This document shows positions 19,489-29,258 of a stretch of 64,000 nucleotides of DNA, one piece after another. The notes beneath the pieces are model-generated. The model worked only from the letters and a program-made list of their open reading frames with translations. It ran no database searches and was not told the DNA's origin. Numbering within the stretch: the stretch's first letter is position 1; the number at the start of each line of letters is the position of its first letter. The stretch comes from Polyangiales bacterium (GTDB lineage: Bacteria > Myxococcota_A > Polyangia > Polyangiales > Ga0077539): positions 192,001 through 256,000 of the forward strand of contig JBGARZ010000004.1 in the NCBI GenBank assembly GCA_044229975.1. Direction: 5' to 3'. The position numbers and the translations under genes are program-made.

Positions 19489-20652
19489 ATGCGATCGCGC
19501 ATGCTCACCCCACGGCGCCTCACCCTCGTCGCCAGCCTGCTCGCGCTCGTCGGCTGCGGCGCGCGCACGGGCCTCCGCGTCGACCTGCCCGACGCCGCGG
19601 TCGACACCCCCGACGCGCCCGATGTCTTCGATGCCCCCGACGTCTTCGATGCCCCCGACGTCTTCGACGCCTTCGACGCGCCCGACTCCCCCGACGTCCC
19701 CGATGTGCCGCCGCCCGATGTCTGCGTCACGCGCCGCTACATGCTCTCGCCGCAGCCCGCCGAGGCGCTCTTCCTGCTCGACCGCTCGCAGTCCATGAAC
19801 ACCCTCCTCGAAGGCTCCCTGCGCCGCTCCGACGCGCTGCTCGGCGCGCTGCGTGCGACGCTCCCCTCCTTCGCCGCGACCGTCGCGATGGGCTCGATGC
19901 ACTTCCCGTCGGCCAACATCGGCTGCGACGTGCGCCTCCCCCTCGCCGTCGACGTCGCGGTCGGAACCTCCTCCACCATCATCTCGCGCTTCGCCGCCGC
20001 GGGCCTCGCGTCGGGCACGCCCACGACAGCGGCGCTCGACCTCGCGCGCACCACGCTGCTCGCCCGCCCGGGGGTCAACGTGTCGCGATCGATCGTTCTG
20101 GCGACCGACGGCGCGCCCGGCTGCAACGCCGCGCTCGACCCGCGGATCTGCACCTGCGCCGCGCCGACCCCGCCGGCGTGCACCGCGCGCAACTGCCTCG
20201 ACGACGTGCGCGCGCTCGAAGCCATCGGCCGCGCCCGCGACGGTGGCATCGCGGTGTACGTCATCGGCATCGACGACCCCGCGCAGCCGGTGCTCATCGA
20301 CACGCTCAACCGCATGGCCGTCGCCGGTGGCCGCGCTCGCCCCGAGGGGACCGGCCTGCCGCGCTACTACAGCGTTCGGCGCATGACCGACCTCACCGAG
20401 GCGCTCGACACGGTGCGCCGCTCGCTGGCGGCGTGTGTGCTGCGCTACGCCGGACCGCCCTCCGACGAGGGGCGCATCACGGTCGTCGTGGCGGGCGTCG
20501 ACCGACCGCGCGACCCGACGCGCACCAACGGCTGGGACTGGAACAACGACGAACACACCGAGGTGGCGCTCTACGGCGACGCTTGCATGGCGGCGGGCCC
20601 CGACGTGTCGACCGCGGCCGAGGTGCGCTGCGACGTGGTCGCGCCGCCGTAG
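19489..20652 (+). CDS. VWA-domain lipoprotein (CglB-like)
   Basis: Lipobox LVGC, DAPDVF linker repeats, MIDAS DRSQS, GTPT, LATDGAPGC, VYVIG. Confidence 0.82.
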   Translation: MRSRMLTPRRLTLVASLLALVGCGARTGLRVDLPDAAVDTPDAPDVFDAPDVFDAPDVFDAFDAPDSPDVPDVPPPDVCVTRRYMLSPQPAEALFLLDRSQSMNTLLEGSLRRSDALLGALRATLPSFAATVAMGSMHFPSANIGCDVRLPLAVDVAVGTSSTIISRFAAAGLASGTPTTAALDLARTTLLARPGVNVSRSIVLATDGAPGCNAALDPRICTCAAPTPPACTARNCLDDVRALEAIGRARDGGIAVYVIGIDDPAQPVLIDTLNRMAVAGGRARPEGTGLPRYYSVRRMTDLTEALDTVRRSLAACVLRYAGPPSDEGRITVVVAGVDRPRDPTRTNGWDWNNDEHTEVALYGDACMAAGPDVSTAAEVRCDVVAPP

Positions 20653-20662
20653 CGCGAAGCTC

Positions 20663-21103
20663 TCAGCGCGACACGCCGACGGGCAGGCACAGTTGCAGCG
20701 GCAGGCCCGCGCGCACGAGGCAGAGGGTGCCTGCCCCGCAGTTGGCGTCGGTCTCGCAGACCTCGTAGCACTGGCCCACGCCGGTCTGGGGCGTGGCCGT
20801 GGCGCAGCCCACCGGGAAGGTCGAGTGCACGCCCGCGTTGGGGCACGGCGCGGTGCGCGAGCAGTCGCGGGTGCACATGCGCGCCGCGACGCCGTTGGCG
20901 TTGTAGACCGTCGGCAGGCAGGTGGTGCCGCCGGTGCAGGTGTCGCCCTCGAAGCAGCGCTCCCACGGGCCCACCGAAGGGTTGACCGGGCGGTCGATGA
21001 CCACGGAGACATCGGGCCCGGCGTCGCCCTCGCGGAGGCCCGTGGAGGCGCCGCACGCGGAGGCCGCGAGCGCGAGGAGGAGGAGCGTGACGGGTCGCGA
21101 CAT
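20663..21103 (-). CDS. Small Cys-rich lipoprotein
   Basis: Lipobox ASAC and about 12 Cys. Confidence 0.75.
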   Translation of the reverse strand: MSRPVTLLLLALAASACGASTGLREGDAGPDVSVVIDRPVNPSVGPWERCFEGDTCTGGTTCLPTVYNANGVAARMCTRDCSRTAPCPNAGVHSTFPVGCATATPQTGVGQCYEVCETDANCGAGTLCLVRAGLPLQLCLPVGVSR

Positions 21104-21211
21104 GGCGCTTTGACGCTACCGCCCGAGCACGGTCGCGGACAACGAATCTGCGCTGACAACAAGGGTTGGCAGCCGCGACGGCGAGCCCGCGCGTCGCGGC
21201 GCCGGGAGGCG

Positions 21212-23206
21212 CTACTGGAGGTAGGTGAAGTTGTCCCAGCCGATGCCGCCGCCGTCGGTGATGTTGACGATCTCCAGGCGGGTGACGCCGCTGATGCCCG
21301 TGAGGTCGACGGTCACGCCCTGGTTGGAGCCGCCCGGCGCGAGCACGTTGCGCGTCCCGAGCAGCGTCGAGCCCGCGTAGACGTTGGCCACCGCCACGAT
21401 CGAGCCCGCCGCGTTGTCGATGCCCACCCCGCGAAACTGGATGTTGCTCACCGGCGTCGTGAACGTGAGGATCGTCGGCTGCGCGCAGTTGACCGAGCCG
21501 CTGGTCGAGCGCGTGCAGAGGATGTTCGGGGCCGTGCTGCCGCCGCCGACGAAGGAGTAGGCGATGTTCTCCTGGCCGGAGGCGCTCGAAAACACCACGC
21601 CCGCGTACTGGGTGCCGAGCACCGTCAGGTTGGCGAGGTTGTCGAAGTTGATGGTCACCGGCGTGCTCGGGGCCACGCAGACGCCCGCCACGCAGCTACG
21701 CCCGGCCGCACAAGCGATGCCGCAGCCGCCGCAGTGGCTGGCGCTCGTCGTGGTCGGCGTCTCGCAGCCGTTGGCGAGGCTGCCATCGCAGTTGCCGAAG
21801 CCCGTGCTGCACACGATGCCGCACGTGCTGCGGGCGCAAAACGGCGTGCCGTTGGTGCCGTTGCACACGGTGCCGCAGGCGCCGCAGTGGCTCGGATCGA
21901 AGGTGACGTTGGTGCACGAGCCCGAGCAGTTGCTCAGCCCCGCGCCGCAGGTGGTGGTGCACGCGCCCGCCGAGCAGACCTGACCGCCCCCGCAGACGGT
22001 CGTGCAGGTTCCGCAGTGGGTGGCGTCGGTGCCGGTGCTCACCTCGCAGCCGTTGGCCGCCATGCCGTCGCAGTCGCTGTAGCCGGGCAGGCACGCGCCC
22101 ATCGCGCACGTCCCCGCGGCGCAGGTCGCCGTCGCGTTGGGGAAGGCGCAGCGCACACCGCAGCCGCCGCAGTTGCCCGCGTCGGCGGCGCGGACGTTGG
22201 TCTCGCAGCCGTTGCCCGCCATGCCGTCGCAGTCGCCGAAGCCCGCGGCGCACGCGCCCACCGCGCACACGCCCGCGACGCACGTCGGCACCCCGACGTT
22301 GGCCAGCCCGCACGCGCGCCCGCACCCGCCGCAGTGGTTGGTGTCCGTCGCCGTCGCGACGCAGCTCCCGCCGCACGCCGTCAGGCCCGCGCCGCAGCTC
22401 GTGGTGCACGCGCCCGCGCTGCACACCTGCCCCGCCGCGCAGGCCGTCCCGCACGCGCCGCAGTTGGCGTTGTCGGCCGTGACGCTCGCCTCGCAGCCGT
22501 TGGCCGCGTTGCCGTCGCAGTCGCCGAAGCCCGTGGTGCAGGTCCCGCGCACGCAGGCGCCGTCCACGCAGGTCGCCGCGGCGTTGGCGAAGGCGCAGCG
22601 GGTGCCGCAGCCGCCGCAGTTGGTCACGTCCGTCCCGCGGAGCGTCACCTCGCAGCCGTTGGCCGCGTTGCGGTCGCAGTCGCCGAAGCCCGCGGCGCAG
22701 GCCCCGACCACGCAGGTGCCCGCGGCGCAGGCCTGGGCCGAGGCGTTGCTCAGCGCGCACGCGGTGGTGCAGCTCCCGCAGTGGGTGGGGTCGTTCATCG
22801 TGGCGACGCAGGTGCCCGAGCAGTCGGTTAGCCCCGCGCTGCACGAGGTCGCGCAGACCCCGGCCGTACACACCTGGCCCGCCGCGCAGGCCGTCCCGCA
22901 CGCGCCGCAGTTCTGGCGGTCGGTCGCGAGGGTCGCGCACACCCCGTTGCAGACGATCTGCCCGGTGGGACAGCTCGCCGCGCAGGCGCCCGCCACGCAG
23001 GCCATGCCCGCGCCGCAGCGGTTGCCGCACGCGCCGCAGTGGGTCGGATCGGTGGCGGTGTCCACGCAGCTCCCGTTGCACGCCGTGCCGACGTCGCACG
23101 ACAGCGCCGCGTCGACGACCCCCGTGACGGGACCACCATTGCTGCCGCACGCGGCGACCATCGCGCCGAGCAACACGCCCCACGCTCTGTGACTCTTGAG
23201 TTGCAT
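21212..23206 (-). CDS. Lipoprotein with many Cys-rich (Stig1/MXAN_6577-like) repeats and a C-terminal beta-sandwich head
   Basis: Lipobox VAAC; repeated DxxNCGxCGxxC and FGDCDGxAANGCE units; C-terminal TINFDNL...IGWDNFTY domain. Confidence 0.85.
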   Translation of the reverse strand: MQLKSHRAWGVLLGAMVAACGSNGGPVTGVVDAALSCDVGTACNGSCVDTATDPTHCGACGNRCGAGMACVAGACAASCPTGQIVCNGVCATLATDRQNCGACGTACAAGQVCTAGVCATSCSAGLTDCSGTCVATMNDPTHCGSCTTACALSNASAQACAAGTCVVGACAAGFGDCDRNAANGCEVTLRGTDVTNCGGCGTRCAFANAAATCVDGACVRGTCTTGFGDCDGNAANGCEASVTADNANCGACGTACAAGQVCSAGACTTSCGAGLTACGGSCVATATDTNHCGGCGRACGLANVGVPTCVAGVCAVGACAAGFGDCDGMAGNGCETNVRAADAGNCGGCGVRCAFPNATATCAAGTCAMGACLPGYSDCDGMAANGCEVSTGTDATHCGTCTTVCGGGQVCSAGACTTTCGAGLSNCSGSCTNVTFDPSHCGACGTVCNGTNGTPFCARSTCGIVCSTGFGNCDGSLANGCETPTTTSASHCGGCGIACAAGRSCVAGVCVAPSTPVTINFDNLANLTVLGTQYAGVVFSSASGQENIAYSFVGGGSTAPNILCTRSTSGSVNCAQPTILTFTTPVSNIQFRGVGIDNAAGSIVAVANVYAGSTLLGTRNVLAPGGSNQGVTVDLTGISGVTRLEIVNITDGGGIGWDNFTYLQ

Positions 23207-23379
23207 CGTCTGCCTCGCGGGTAAGGCACTCCCACGCGGAGCGACCCTCAAACCCGCGCGCAGTGTCTCACACTGATGCGGCAGTTGGTTCGGCTGCGTC
23301 GACGCATCGCTCCGGCGCGCTCGCGTACGATGGCGGGGATGGACGCCGACGGCGGCCTTGTCCACGGAGGCACCCCCTC

Positions 23380-23811
23380 ATGCACGCCGGTCGCACCTTC
23401 CTCGAAGACCTCGCGCTCGCCCTCTGCGTCGCCGCGGTGACCTCCGTGCTCTTCCAGCGGCTCCGCCTGCCCGCGGTGCTCGGTTATCTCCTCGCGGGCG
23501 TCATCGTCGGCCCGCACCTGCGCATCGTCCCGCTCTTCGCGAGCCGCGAGCGCATCGAAGAACTCTCCCAGCTCGGTGTCACCCTCGTGATGTTCTCGGT
23601 GGGTCTGGAGTTCACCGTCGGTCGGCTGGTGAAGACGCTGCCCACCGCGGGGCTCACCCGCTGCTACCGGGCCTCGGACAGCTCCGGGAGTGTGGCGCTC
23701 CAGGCGGGCGACGTGCTGGCGCTGAGCGGGACGCAGGACGCCGTCGAGGCCGCGCGGGCGCACCTGCACCACGGGGCGCCGACGCTGTCGACGGTCGCGA
23801 CGGAGGGGTGA
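23380..23811 (+). pseudogene. Internally deleted CPA2 cation:proton antiporter (N-terminal TM helices joined to a TrkA-C-like tail)
   Basis: FLEDLALAL...RLRLPAVLGYLLAGVIVGP...LGVTLVMFSVGLEF, then straight to LQAGDVLALSGTQDAVEAA; only 143 aa. Confidence 0.7.
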
Positions 23812-23889
23812 GGCGGGGCGTTGTGTCCGCTTGTGGACCAACCCCGGTCCGCAGGCGGGCGCAGCGACCCGCAAAGGGCTTGGGCGAGC

Positions 23890-24189
23890 TCACCCCTCGA
23901 CGATGGCGACCACGCGGCGGACGGTCCATCCGCGCGCGCGGCCCCACGCTTCGGGGCCGCCCGGGTGGGCCTCGGCCGCCTCGTCGCCCGCGACCATCCC
24001 GAGCTCGGCGAGGATGGCGGCGGGGTCGTCGAGGTCGTCGAGGATCGAGTCGCCGTCGTTGGCCGGATCGAGCAGGTAGAGCCGCCCCGCCGCGACGCTC
24101 GCCGCGAGCTCGACGTCGGTGCACACCCGCTCACCGCGCTGCATCGCCGCGAGCTCCGCCAGGGTGAGGGTGACCACGCCGTCGACCAT
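23890..24189 (-). CDS. Hypothetical acidic protein
   Basis: GC3-biased ORF; no motif recognised. Confidence 0.45.
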   Translation of the reverse strand: MVDGVVTLTLAELAAMQRGERVCTDVELAASVAAGRLYLLDPANDGDSILDDLDDPAAILAELGMVAGDEAAEAHPGGPEAWGRARGWTVRRVVAIVEG

Positions 24190-24550
24190 TGCCCGCAAAG
24201 GCTACGCCCCAACCGTCAGGGGCCCGCAACCCGCCGCGCGCCCGCTCGGCAACGGGTTGCCGGTCGGAGCCCCGGTGATCGCCTCCGCGCGGATATCGAG
24301 AGAACACTCCGGACACCGCCGCGACTCCCCGCACCGGATTGTCGACAATGAAGGCGACCATCGGGCCATGCCCGTTCGAGCGTGGTCGCAACGAAACGCA
24401 TGGAAATAGGTCGTGCGGCGCTCGTGTGAACATCGGCGCACACCGCCGTTCTTTGTGGCATGAAGTCGAGATTGAATGGTGTGGCGTCGGCTCCGTCCGT
24501 GGGATATCGAATGAGTTCGCGCCGGGTGCGGCGTGAGAGGAAGGCTGGCG

Positions 24551-24850
24551 ATGAAGACCATGTGGAAGGTGGCGGTTGTGCTCGGGGCCCTGCTGCTCTC
24601 GGGCTGCACCGTGGGCCTCGGTGACGACTGCCGGGGCGGCGGGAGCTGCGCCGGCGGGCTCTACTGCTGTTCGGAGGGCAAGTGCGGCCGTGGCATGTGC
24701 ACGGCCGGTTGCAGCACCGACCGGGACTGCCCGGGCGGCGCGTACTGCGAGGGGCGCATCTGCTGGCAGCCGTGCGCCGTCGACGGCGACTGCGCCGACC
24801 ACCTGCTCTGCAAGACCAAGGACGGCCGGCGCATGTGCCGGGGGGACTGA
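24551..24850 (+). CDS. Small Cys-rich lipoprotein
   Basis: MKTMWK...LLSGC lipobox; three CxxDxDC-type modules. Confidence 0.75.
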   Translation: MKTMWKVAVVLGALLLSGCTVGLGDDCRGGGSCAGGLYCCSEGKCGRGMCTAGCSTDRDCPGGAYCEGRICWQPCAVDGDCADHLLCKTKDGRRMCRGD

Positions 24851-25270
24851 CGCCCCTTCAGCCTCGCGACATCCAGAGGGCGTGGGCGATGGTCCATGCG
24901 CGGGAGAGCCCCGGGTCGGGCTCCATGGCCATCGGCCGCGCGAGGCCCACCACGTCGTCGATCTCCTCGACCGTGAGCGCCTTCGGGGCCTTGAAGACCG
25001 GCCCCAATCGGCGAGGTGCATCGGGCGCTCCTCCGCGAGGTCCACGAGCGAGCCCACGAGCGCGTCGAGCAGGGCGCCCTGCTGTTCGCGGTCGGGCATC
25101 CCGGTCACGGCTACCAGCTCGTCGCCGACGTCACCAGCGAGCTCGCGTCGCAGGTCGTTCACGGCGTCGCGCATCGCGCTCGACGGCCGCGCGCTCGTCG
25201 GCGTCGAGGCGCTCGCGGGCCACACCGCGATCGTTGAGGCTCGTCGATCGATCTGTTAGCGTCGCGATCG

Positions 25271-26827
25271 ATGCGGTTTTTCAGAGGTTTTCCGGGGACC
25301 ATCGCGCTGCTGACGGTGCTCGCGTCGTGCGCGGGCAACCTCACGGCGGCGCCTGACGCACCGCCCGTCATCCCCGGTTGCGACGGTCAGGGTCGCAGCC
25401 GCTGCGTCGCCTCGGTCTCGGTTGGAGCGCGCTTCGGCTGCGCGGCCCTCGCCGACCAGACCGTCTGGTGCTGGGGCCGCAACGACGAGAGCCAGCTCGG
25501 ATACGAGTCCACCGACCTCTGCCCCGAACGCCTCTCCGGCGGACAGACCCGCGCCGTCGCCTGTCACATGTACCCGTTGCAGGTCGCGGGGCTCGCCGGC
25601 GTCACGGCCGTGAGCTCGGGCGGCGCCCACTCGTGCGCGGTGCTCTCGTCTGGCGAGCTGCGCTGCTGGGGCGCCAACACCCGCGGGCAACTGGGCAACG
25701 CGTCGGTGCTGCCGAGCCGCACGCCAGTGGCAGTCGCGGGCCTCGGTCCGGTCATCGCCGTCGCCGCGGGCGCGGGCCACACCTGCGCCATCGTGGAGGG
25801 CGGACAGGTGTACTGCTGGGGCGCCAACGACCGCGGGCAGCTCGGCGTCGAGACATCGCCCAACCAGTGCGAGGTCAGCGGAACGATGGTGCCGTGCGCG
25901 CGTGCGCCGGTGATGGTCCGCGACATGACGGACGCCGTCGAGGTGGTGGTCGGCGACGCGCACACCTGCGTCCGCGCGACGGCTGGTCGTGTGTGGTGCT
26001 GGGGCAACAACGTCGACGCCCAGCTCGGATCGGGCACCGCGAGCGCGATGCCCACGCCCACTCCGCAAGCGGTTCAGCTCGGCGCGTCGGCGCTGCGTCG
26101 CACCCGCTCCCTCGCGGCGGGCGGCGAACACACCTGCGCGGTGCGCGACGATGGCGCGGTGCTCTGCTGGGGTCGGCACGACCGCGGTCAGCTCGGCGTG
26201 GCGATCCCCGAGCGCTTCGAGCCGTGCGCGCACGCGTGCATCGCGACGGCGGTTCCGATCGTCGGGTACGAGGGCGCGCCGACGGGCGAAGACCCCGATG
26301 GTGGCTTCGAAGACTTCGACGCGGGCTCCGGCATCGTGCCTCCGCTGGACGCCTCCTCGCGGCTCGACGTCTCGGTGCCGCGCGACGTGGCGGACGCTGG
26401 TGCTCCGCGCGACGTGATGGACGCGAGCGTGCCGCGCGACCGACCCGATGTGCCGGTGGTGGTGGATGTCCCCGGCGACTCGGGTCTGCCGGCGGCGCCG
26501 ACGGTGGTGTCCATCTCGGCGGGCGCTGCGTTCAGTTGTGTGTCCTTGAGCGACCGCACGGTGCGCTGCTGGGGAACCAACCGCACCTACGAGCTCGGCA
26601 ACGGTCAGGTGAACGAGGGCGGCGCGCCGTTGACCACGGTGATCGCGTCGCCGGGTTCGGCGGCGACCAACCCCTTGCAGGGTGTCGCGGGCGTGGAGTC
26701 GGGTGGTTCGACCACCTGCGCGCTGCTCGCCGATCGCAGCCTGCGCTGCTGGGGAACCAACGAAAGCGGCGCGCTCGGCGTGGGCGACGTGGCGGAGCGC
26801 AATGGTCCCGTGTCGATGACCTGGTAG
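25271..26827 (+). CDS. RCC1-repeat lipoprotein
   Basis: Lipobox LASC; about 7 repeats of HTCA...VxCWGxNxxGQLG; Asp/Val/Pro insert near the C-terminus. Confidence 0.92.
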   Translation: MRFFRGFPGTIALLTVLASCAGNLTAAPDAPPVIPGCDGQGRSRCVASVSVGARFGCAALADQTVWCWGRNDESQLGYESTDLCPERLSGGQTRAVACHMYPLQVAGLAGVTAVSSGGAHSCAVLSSGELRCWGANTRGQLGNASVLPSRTPVAVAGLGPVIAVAAGAGHTCAIVEGGQVYCWGANDRGQLGVETSPNQCEVSGTMVPCARAPVMVRDMTDAVEVVVGDAHTCVRATAGRVWCWGNNVDAQLGSGTASAMPTPTPQAVQLGASALRRTRSLAAGGEHTCAVRDDGAVLCWGRHDRGQLGVAIPERFEPCAHACIATAVPIVGYEGAPTGEDPDGGFEDFDAGSGIVPPLDASSRLDVSVPRDVADAGAPRDVMDASVPRDRPDVPVVVDVPGDSGLPAAPTVVSISAGAAFSCVSLSDRTVRCWGTNRTYELGNGQVNEGGAPLTTVIASPGSAATNPLQGVAGVESGGSTTCALLADRSLRCWGTNESGALGVGDVAERNGPVSMTW

Positions 26828-26867
26828 CGGGCGCGTGTCGCGCCGACAATCGTCAATGGAGTCGATG

Positions 26868-28484
26868 ATGAGACGAGACTCGGTTGGGCATGATCGGCGG
26901 TCGGTGACGACGCTCGTCGCGCTCTGCGCGCTCGTCGCGGGGTGCCTTCCTCCGCCGAGCTTCGCCGACGAGGACGGCGGGTACGACGAGGCCACCGTCG
27001 CGGGAGACGCCGCCGCGGTGGGGACGTGCGAGCCGGGTCAGGCGTCGGCGCAGTTTCGCGCGCAGGTGACGCCGCCGGAGTTCATGCTGCCGGGCGGTCG
27101 CGCGCAGGTGAGCGTGACCTTCGACAACTGCTCGGGTGGTCCATGGCGCGCGGGGGAGTTCGCGCTCGTCCCGGCGCCGAGCACGGTGGGGGTGTTCGGT
27201 GTTCCGCGCGTGGCGCTGGCGGAGGACGTGCCGGAGGGCGGTCGCGTGACGATCCCCTTCGAGGTGCAGGCGCCGCGGGAGAGCGGGGTCTTCGCGTACT
27301 CGTGGGCCATCGCGCGCAACGGCACCGAGACGCTCCAGCAGTACTCACCGCCGGGTGAAGTGACGGTGCAGAACTCGGCGGACTGCACCATCAACGGACC
27401 GGCCGCGCGCTTCCGGAGTCAGGTGGCGCCGGGTCCCTTCATCGGGTTGGGCGAGACCATCCGCGGGACGGTCACCATCGCCAATTGCAGCACCGAGACG
27501 TGGACGCGCGAGGCGGGTTTCCATCTCGCATCGGCGCTCCCCAACGGGCTGTCGCACTGGCGCACGACGCGGGTCGAGCTGCCGCGGGATGTTCCGTTCG
27601 GGGCGGAGGTGACCATCCCCATCGAGGGCGTCGCGCCGGGGGTGCAGGGTCGCTACGCCTATACCTGGGTGATGCAGAAGGGCAGCGATCGCGTGGGCGA
27701 GGCGTCGCCCGAGGTGCGCATCACGGCGCTGCCGCGGGGCAACTGCGAGGGCGCCGGGACGCCGTCGCGCTTCGTGTCGCAGAACGCGCCGGGCACCCTC
27801 GACCCCAACCAGGGCGCCGACGTCGACATCACCTTCGCCAACTGCTCTACCGACGCATGGAACTCCGAGTACCGCATCAACGCCGCCGCGCCGGCGAGCG
27901 ACGGTCGATGGGGCGCCGGCAACATCGCCTTTCCGTTGGACGTGGGGCCGGGGTTTCAATTGACGGTTCCGTTTCACATCCGGGCGCCGGGGGATGCGGG
28001 CAGCTACGCGTATCGGTGGGTGGTGACGCGCGGCGCGACGGACATCGCGCAGCCGTCGCCCGAGCGGAACATCACCGTGCGCGTGATCGACACCGCGGGC
28101 CCGTGCATGGCGCGCCCGGTGGCGGGCGGCGTGACGAGCCCGTACGGCTGGCGGGTGCACCCGATCTCGGGCGTGTGGCGTCTGCACACGGGCATCGACT
28201 TCGGGGCGCGCTCGGGGACGCCGATCTACGCGTGCCGCGGCGGGACGGTGGTGCGCGCGAGCTGGTACGGCGGCTACGGCAACGCGATCATCATCGACCA
28301 CGGCGGCGGGATGCAGACGCTGTACGGGCACCAGTCGGGCTTCGCGGTGGGCTACGGCGCGCGCGTGGTGGCGGGCCAGCACATCGGCTACGTGGGCAGC
28401 ACGGGCAACTCGACGGGGCCGCACCTGCACTTCGAGGTGTACATCAACGGCAGCACCGTCGACCCGGCGCGCGGCTACCTGTAG
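26868..28484 (+). CDS. Lipoprotein with three Ig-like (NBR1/FW-like) domains and a C-terminal M23 peptidase
   Basis: Lipobox VAGC; 3x 'VTFxNCSxxxW...AP...Y.W'; M23 motifs HTGID, YGH, STGPHLHFE. Confidence 0.9.
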   Translation: MRRDSVGHDRRSVTTLVALCALVAGCLPPPSFADEDGGYDEATVAGDAAAVGTCEPGQASAQFRAQVTPPEFMLPGGRAQVSVTFDNCSGGPWRAGEFALVPAPSTVGVFGVPRVALAEDVPEGGRVTIPFEVQAPRESGVFAYSWAIARNGTETLQQYSPPGEVTVQNSADCTINGPAARFRSQVAPGPFIGLGETIRGTVTIANCSTETWTREAGFHLASALPNGLSHWRTTRVELPRDVPFGAEVTIPIEGVAPGVQGRYAYTWVMQKGSDRVGEASPEVRITALPRGNCEGAGTPSRFVSQNAPGTLDPNQGADVDITFANCSTDAWNSEYRINAAAPASDGRWGAGNIAFPLDVGPGFQLTVPFHIRAPGDAGSYAYRWVVTRGATDIAQPSPERNITVRVIDTAGPCMARPVAGGVTSPYGWRVHPISGVWRLHTGIDFGARSGTPIYACRGGTVVRASWYGGYGNAIIIDHGGGMQTLYGHQSGFAVGYGARVVAGQHIGYVGSTGNSTGPHLHFEVYINGSTVDPARGYL

Positions 28485-28501
28485 CGGGCGCGTCGGTGGT
28501 G

Positions 28502-29152
28502 ATGGTGAGCACCGCGCGATGCATCGTCGGGGTGGCGGTCGGGGTGGCGGTCGCGTCGTGGGCGAGCGTCGCTGGCGCGCAACTGACGCCGGAGGTGCGC
28601 GCGGCGGCGCAGCGGGCGTGCGGGAGCAGCGAAGAGCCATCGAGCGTCGCGGGTCCGTGGCGTCAGGGAGCGGGTGAGTTTTCGGCGGCGGTGTTCTGGC
28701 GCGAGGGGGCGGAGCGCGCGTGCCTGACGGTGGTGCAGCGGCGCGCGGGCGTGGTGTCGGTGGTGGCGCAGGGGGCGCTCGATGCGGGCTGGTCGGAGCG
28801 ATACAGCGAGCGGTACGCGCCGGGGTTGCGACCGGACGCGTTGTGGCTGCCGGGGCGCCCGCCGCTGCCCGTGACGGACACGATGCACATGGGGGCTGGC
28901 GGCGGAGGCGGTCACCAGACGACGGTGTGGCTCGCCGCGCGGGGTCGATGGGTCACCGTGCTGGCGCTGACGCTGGACGGCGCGATGAACATCAACACGG
29001 TGGTGGAGACACCATGCGACGCACCGGGTGCGATCGTGCAGCGGGGCGGGGTGCTGGTGGCGAGCGAGTGCTTCGATGGGAGCGTGACGGAGCGGAGGTT
29101 CCGCTTCGATGGGCGACGGTTTGTGGCGATGGGGGCGGCGGCGCGGCGGTAG
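28502..29152 (+). CDS. Hypothetical secreted protein
   Basis: Signal peptide ending AGA|Q; C-terminal 'RRFRFDGRRFV' beta strands. Confidence 0.55.
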   Translation: MVSTARCIVGVAVGVAVASWASVAGAQLTPEVRAAAQRACGSSEEPSSVAGPWRQGAGEFSAAVFWREGAERACLTVVQRRAGVVSVVAQGALDAGWSERYSERYAPGLRPDALWLPGRPPLPVTDTMHMGAGGGGGHQTTVWLAARGRWVTVLALTLDGAMNINTVVETPCDAPGAIVQRGGVLVASECFDGSVTERRFRFDGRRFVAMGAAARR

Positions 29153-29161
29153 GGGGCTGCC

Positions 29162-29198
29162 AGGGCCCACGCCGCGGCGTCAGCGCGGCGCGCGACGG
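29162..29198. repeat. REP-like palindromic repeat, copy 1
   Basis: agggcccacgccgcggcgtcagcgcggcgcgcgacgg, just after a stop codon. Confidence 0.8.
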
Positions 29199-29258
29199 CT
29201 ACGCCTGCGGTCACCTGAGTCAGTTGCCGCGGTCAACGTTCTGGTAGCGTGCGCGCGA

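Noticed and set aside
24858..25225. Possible frameshifted gene remnant on the minus strand
   Set aside because: Protein-like stretches in two frames, but no recognisable family; too weak to call.
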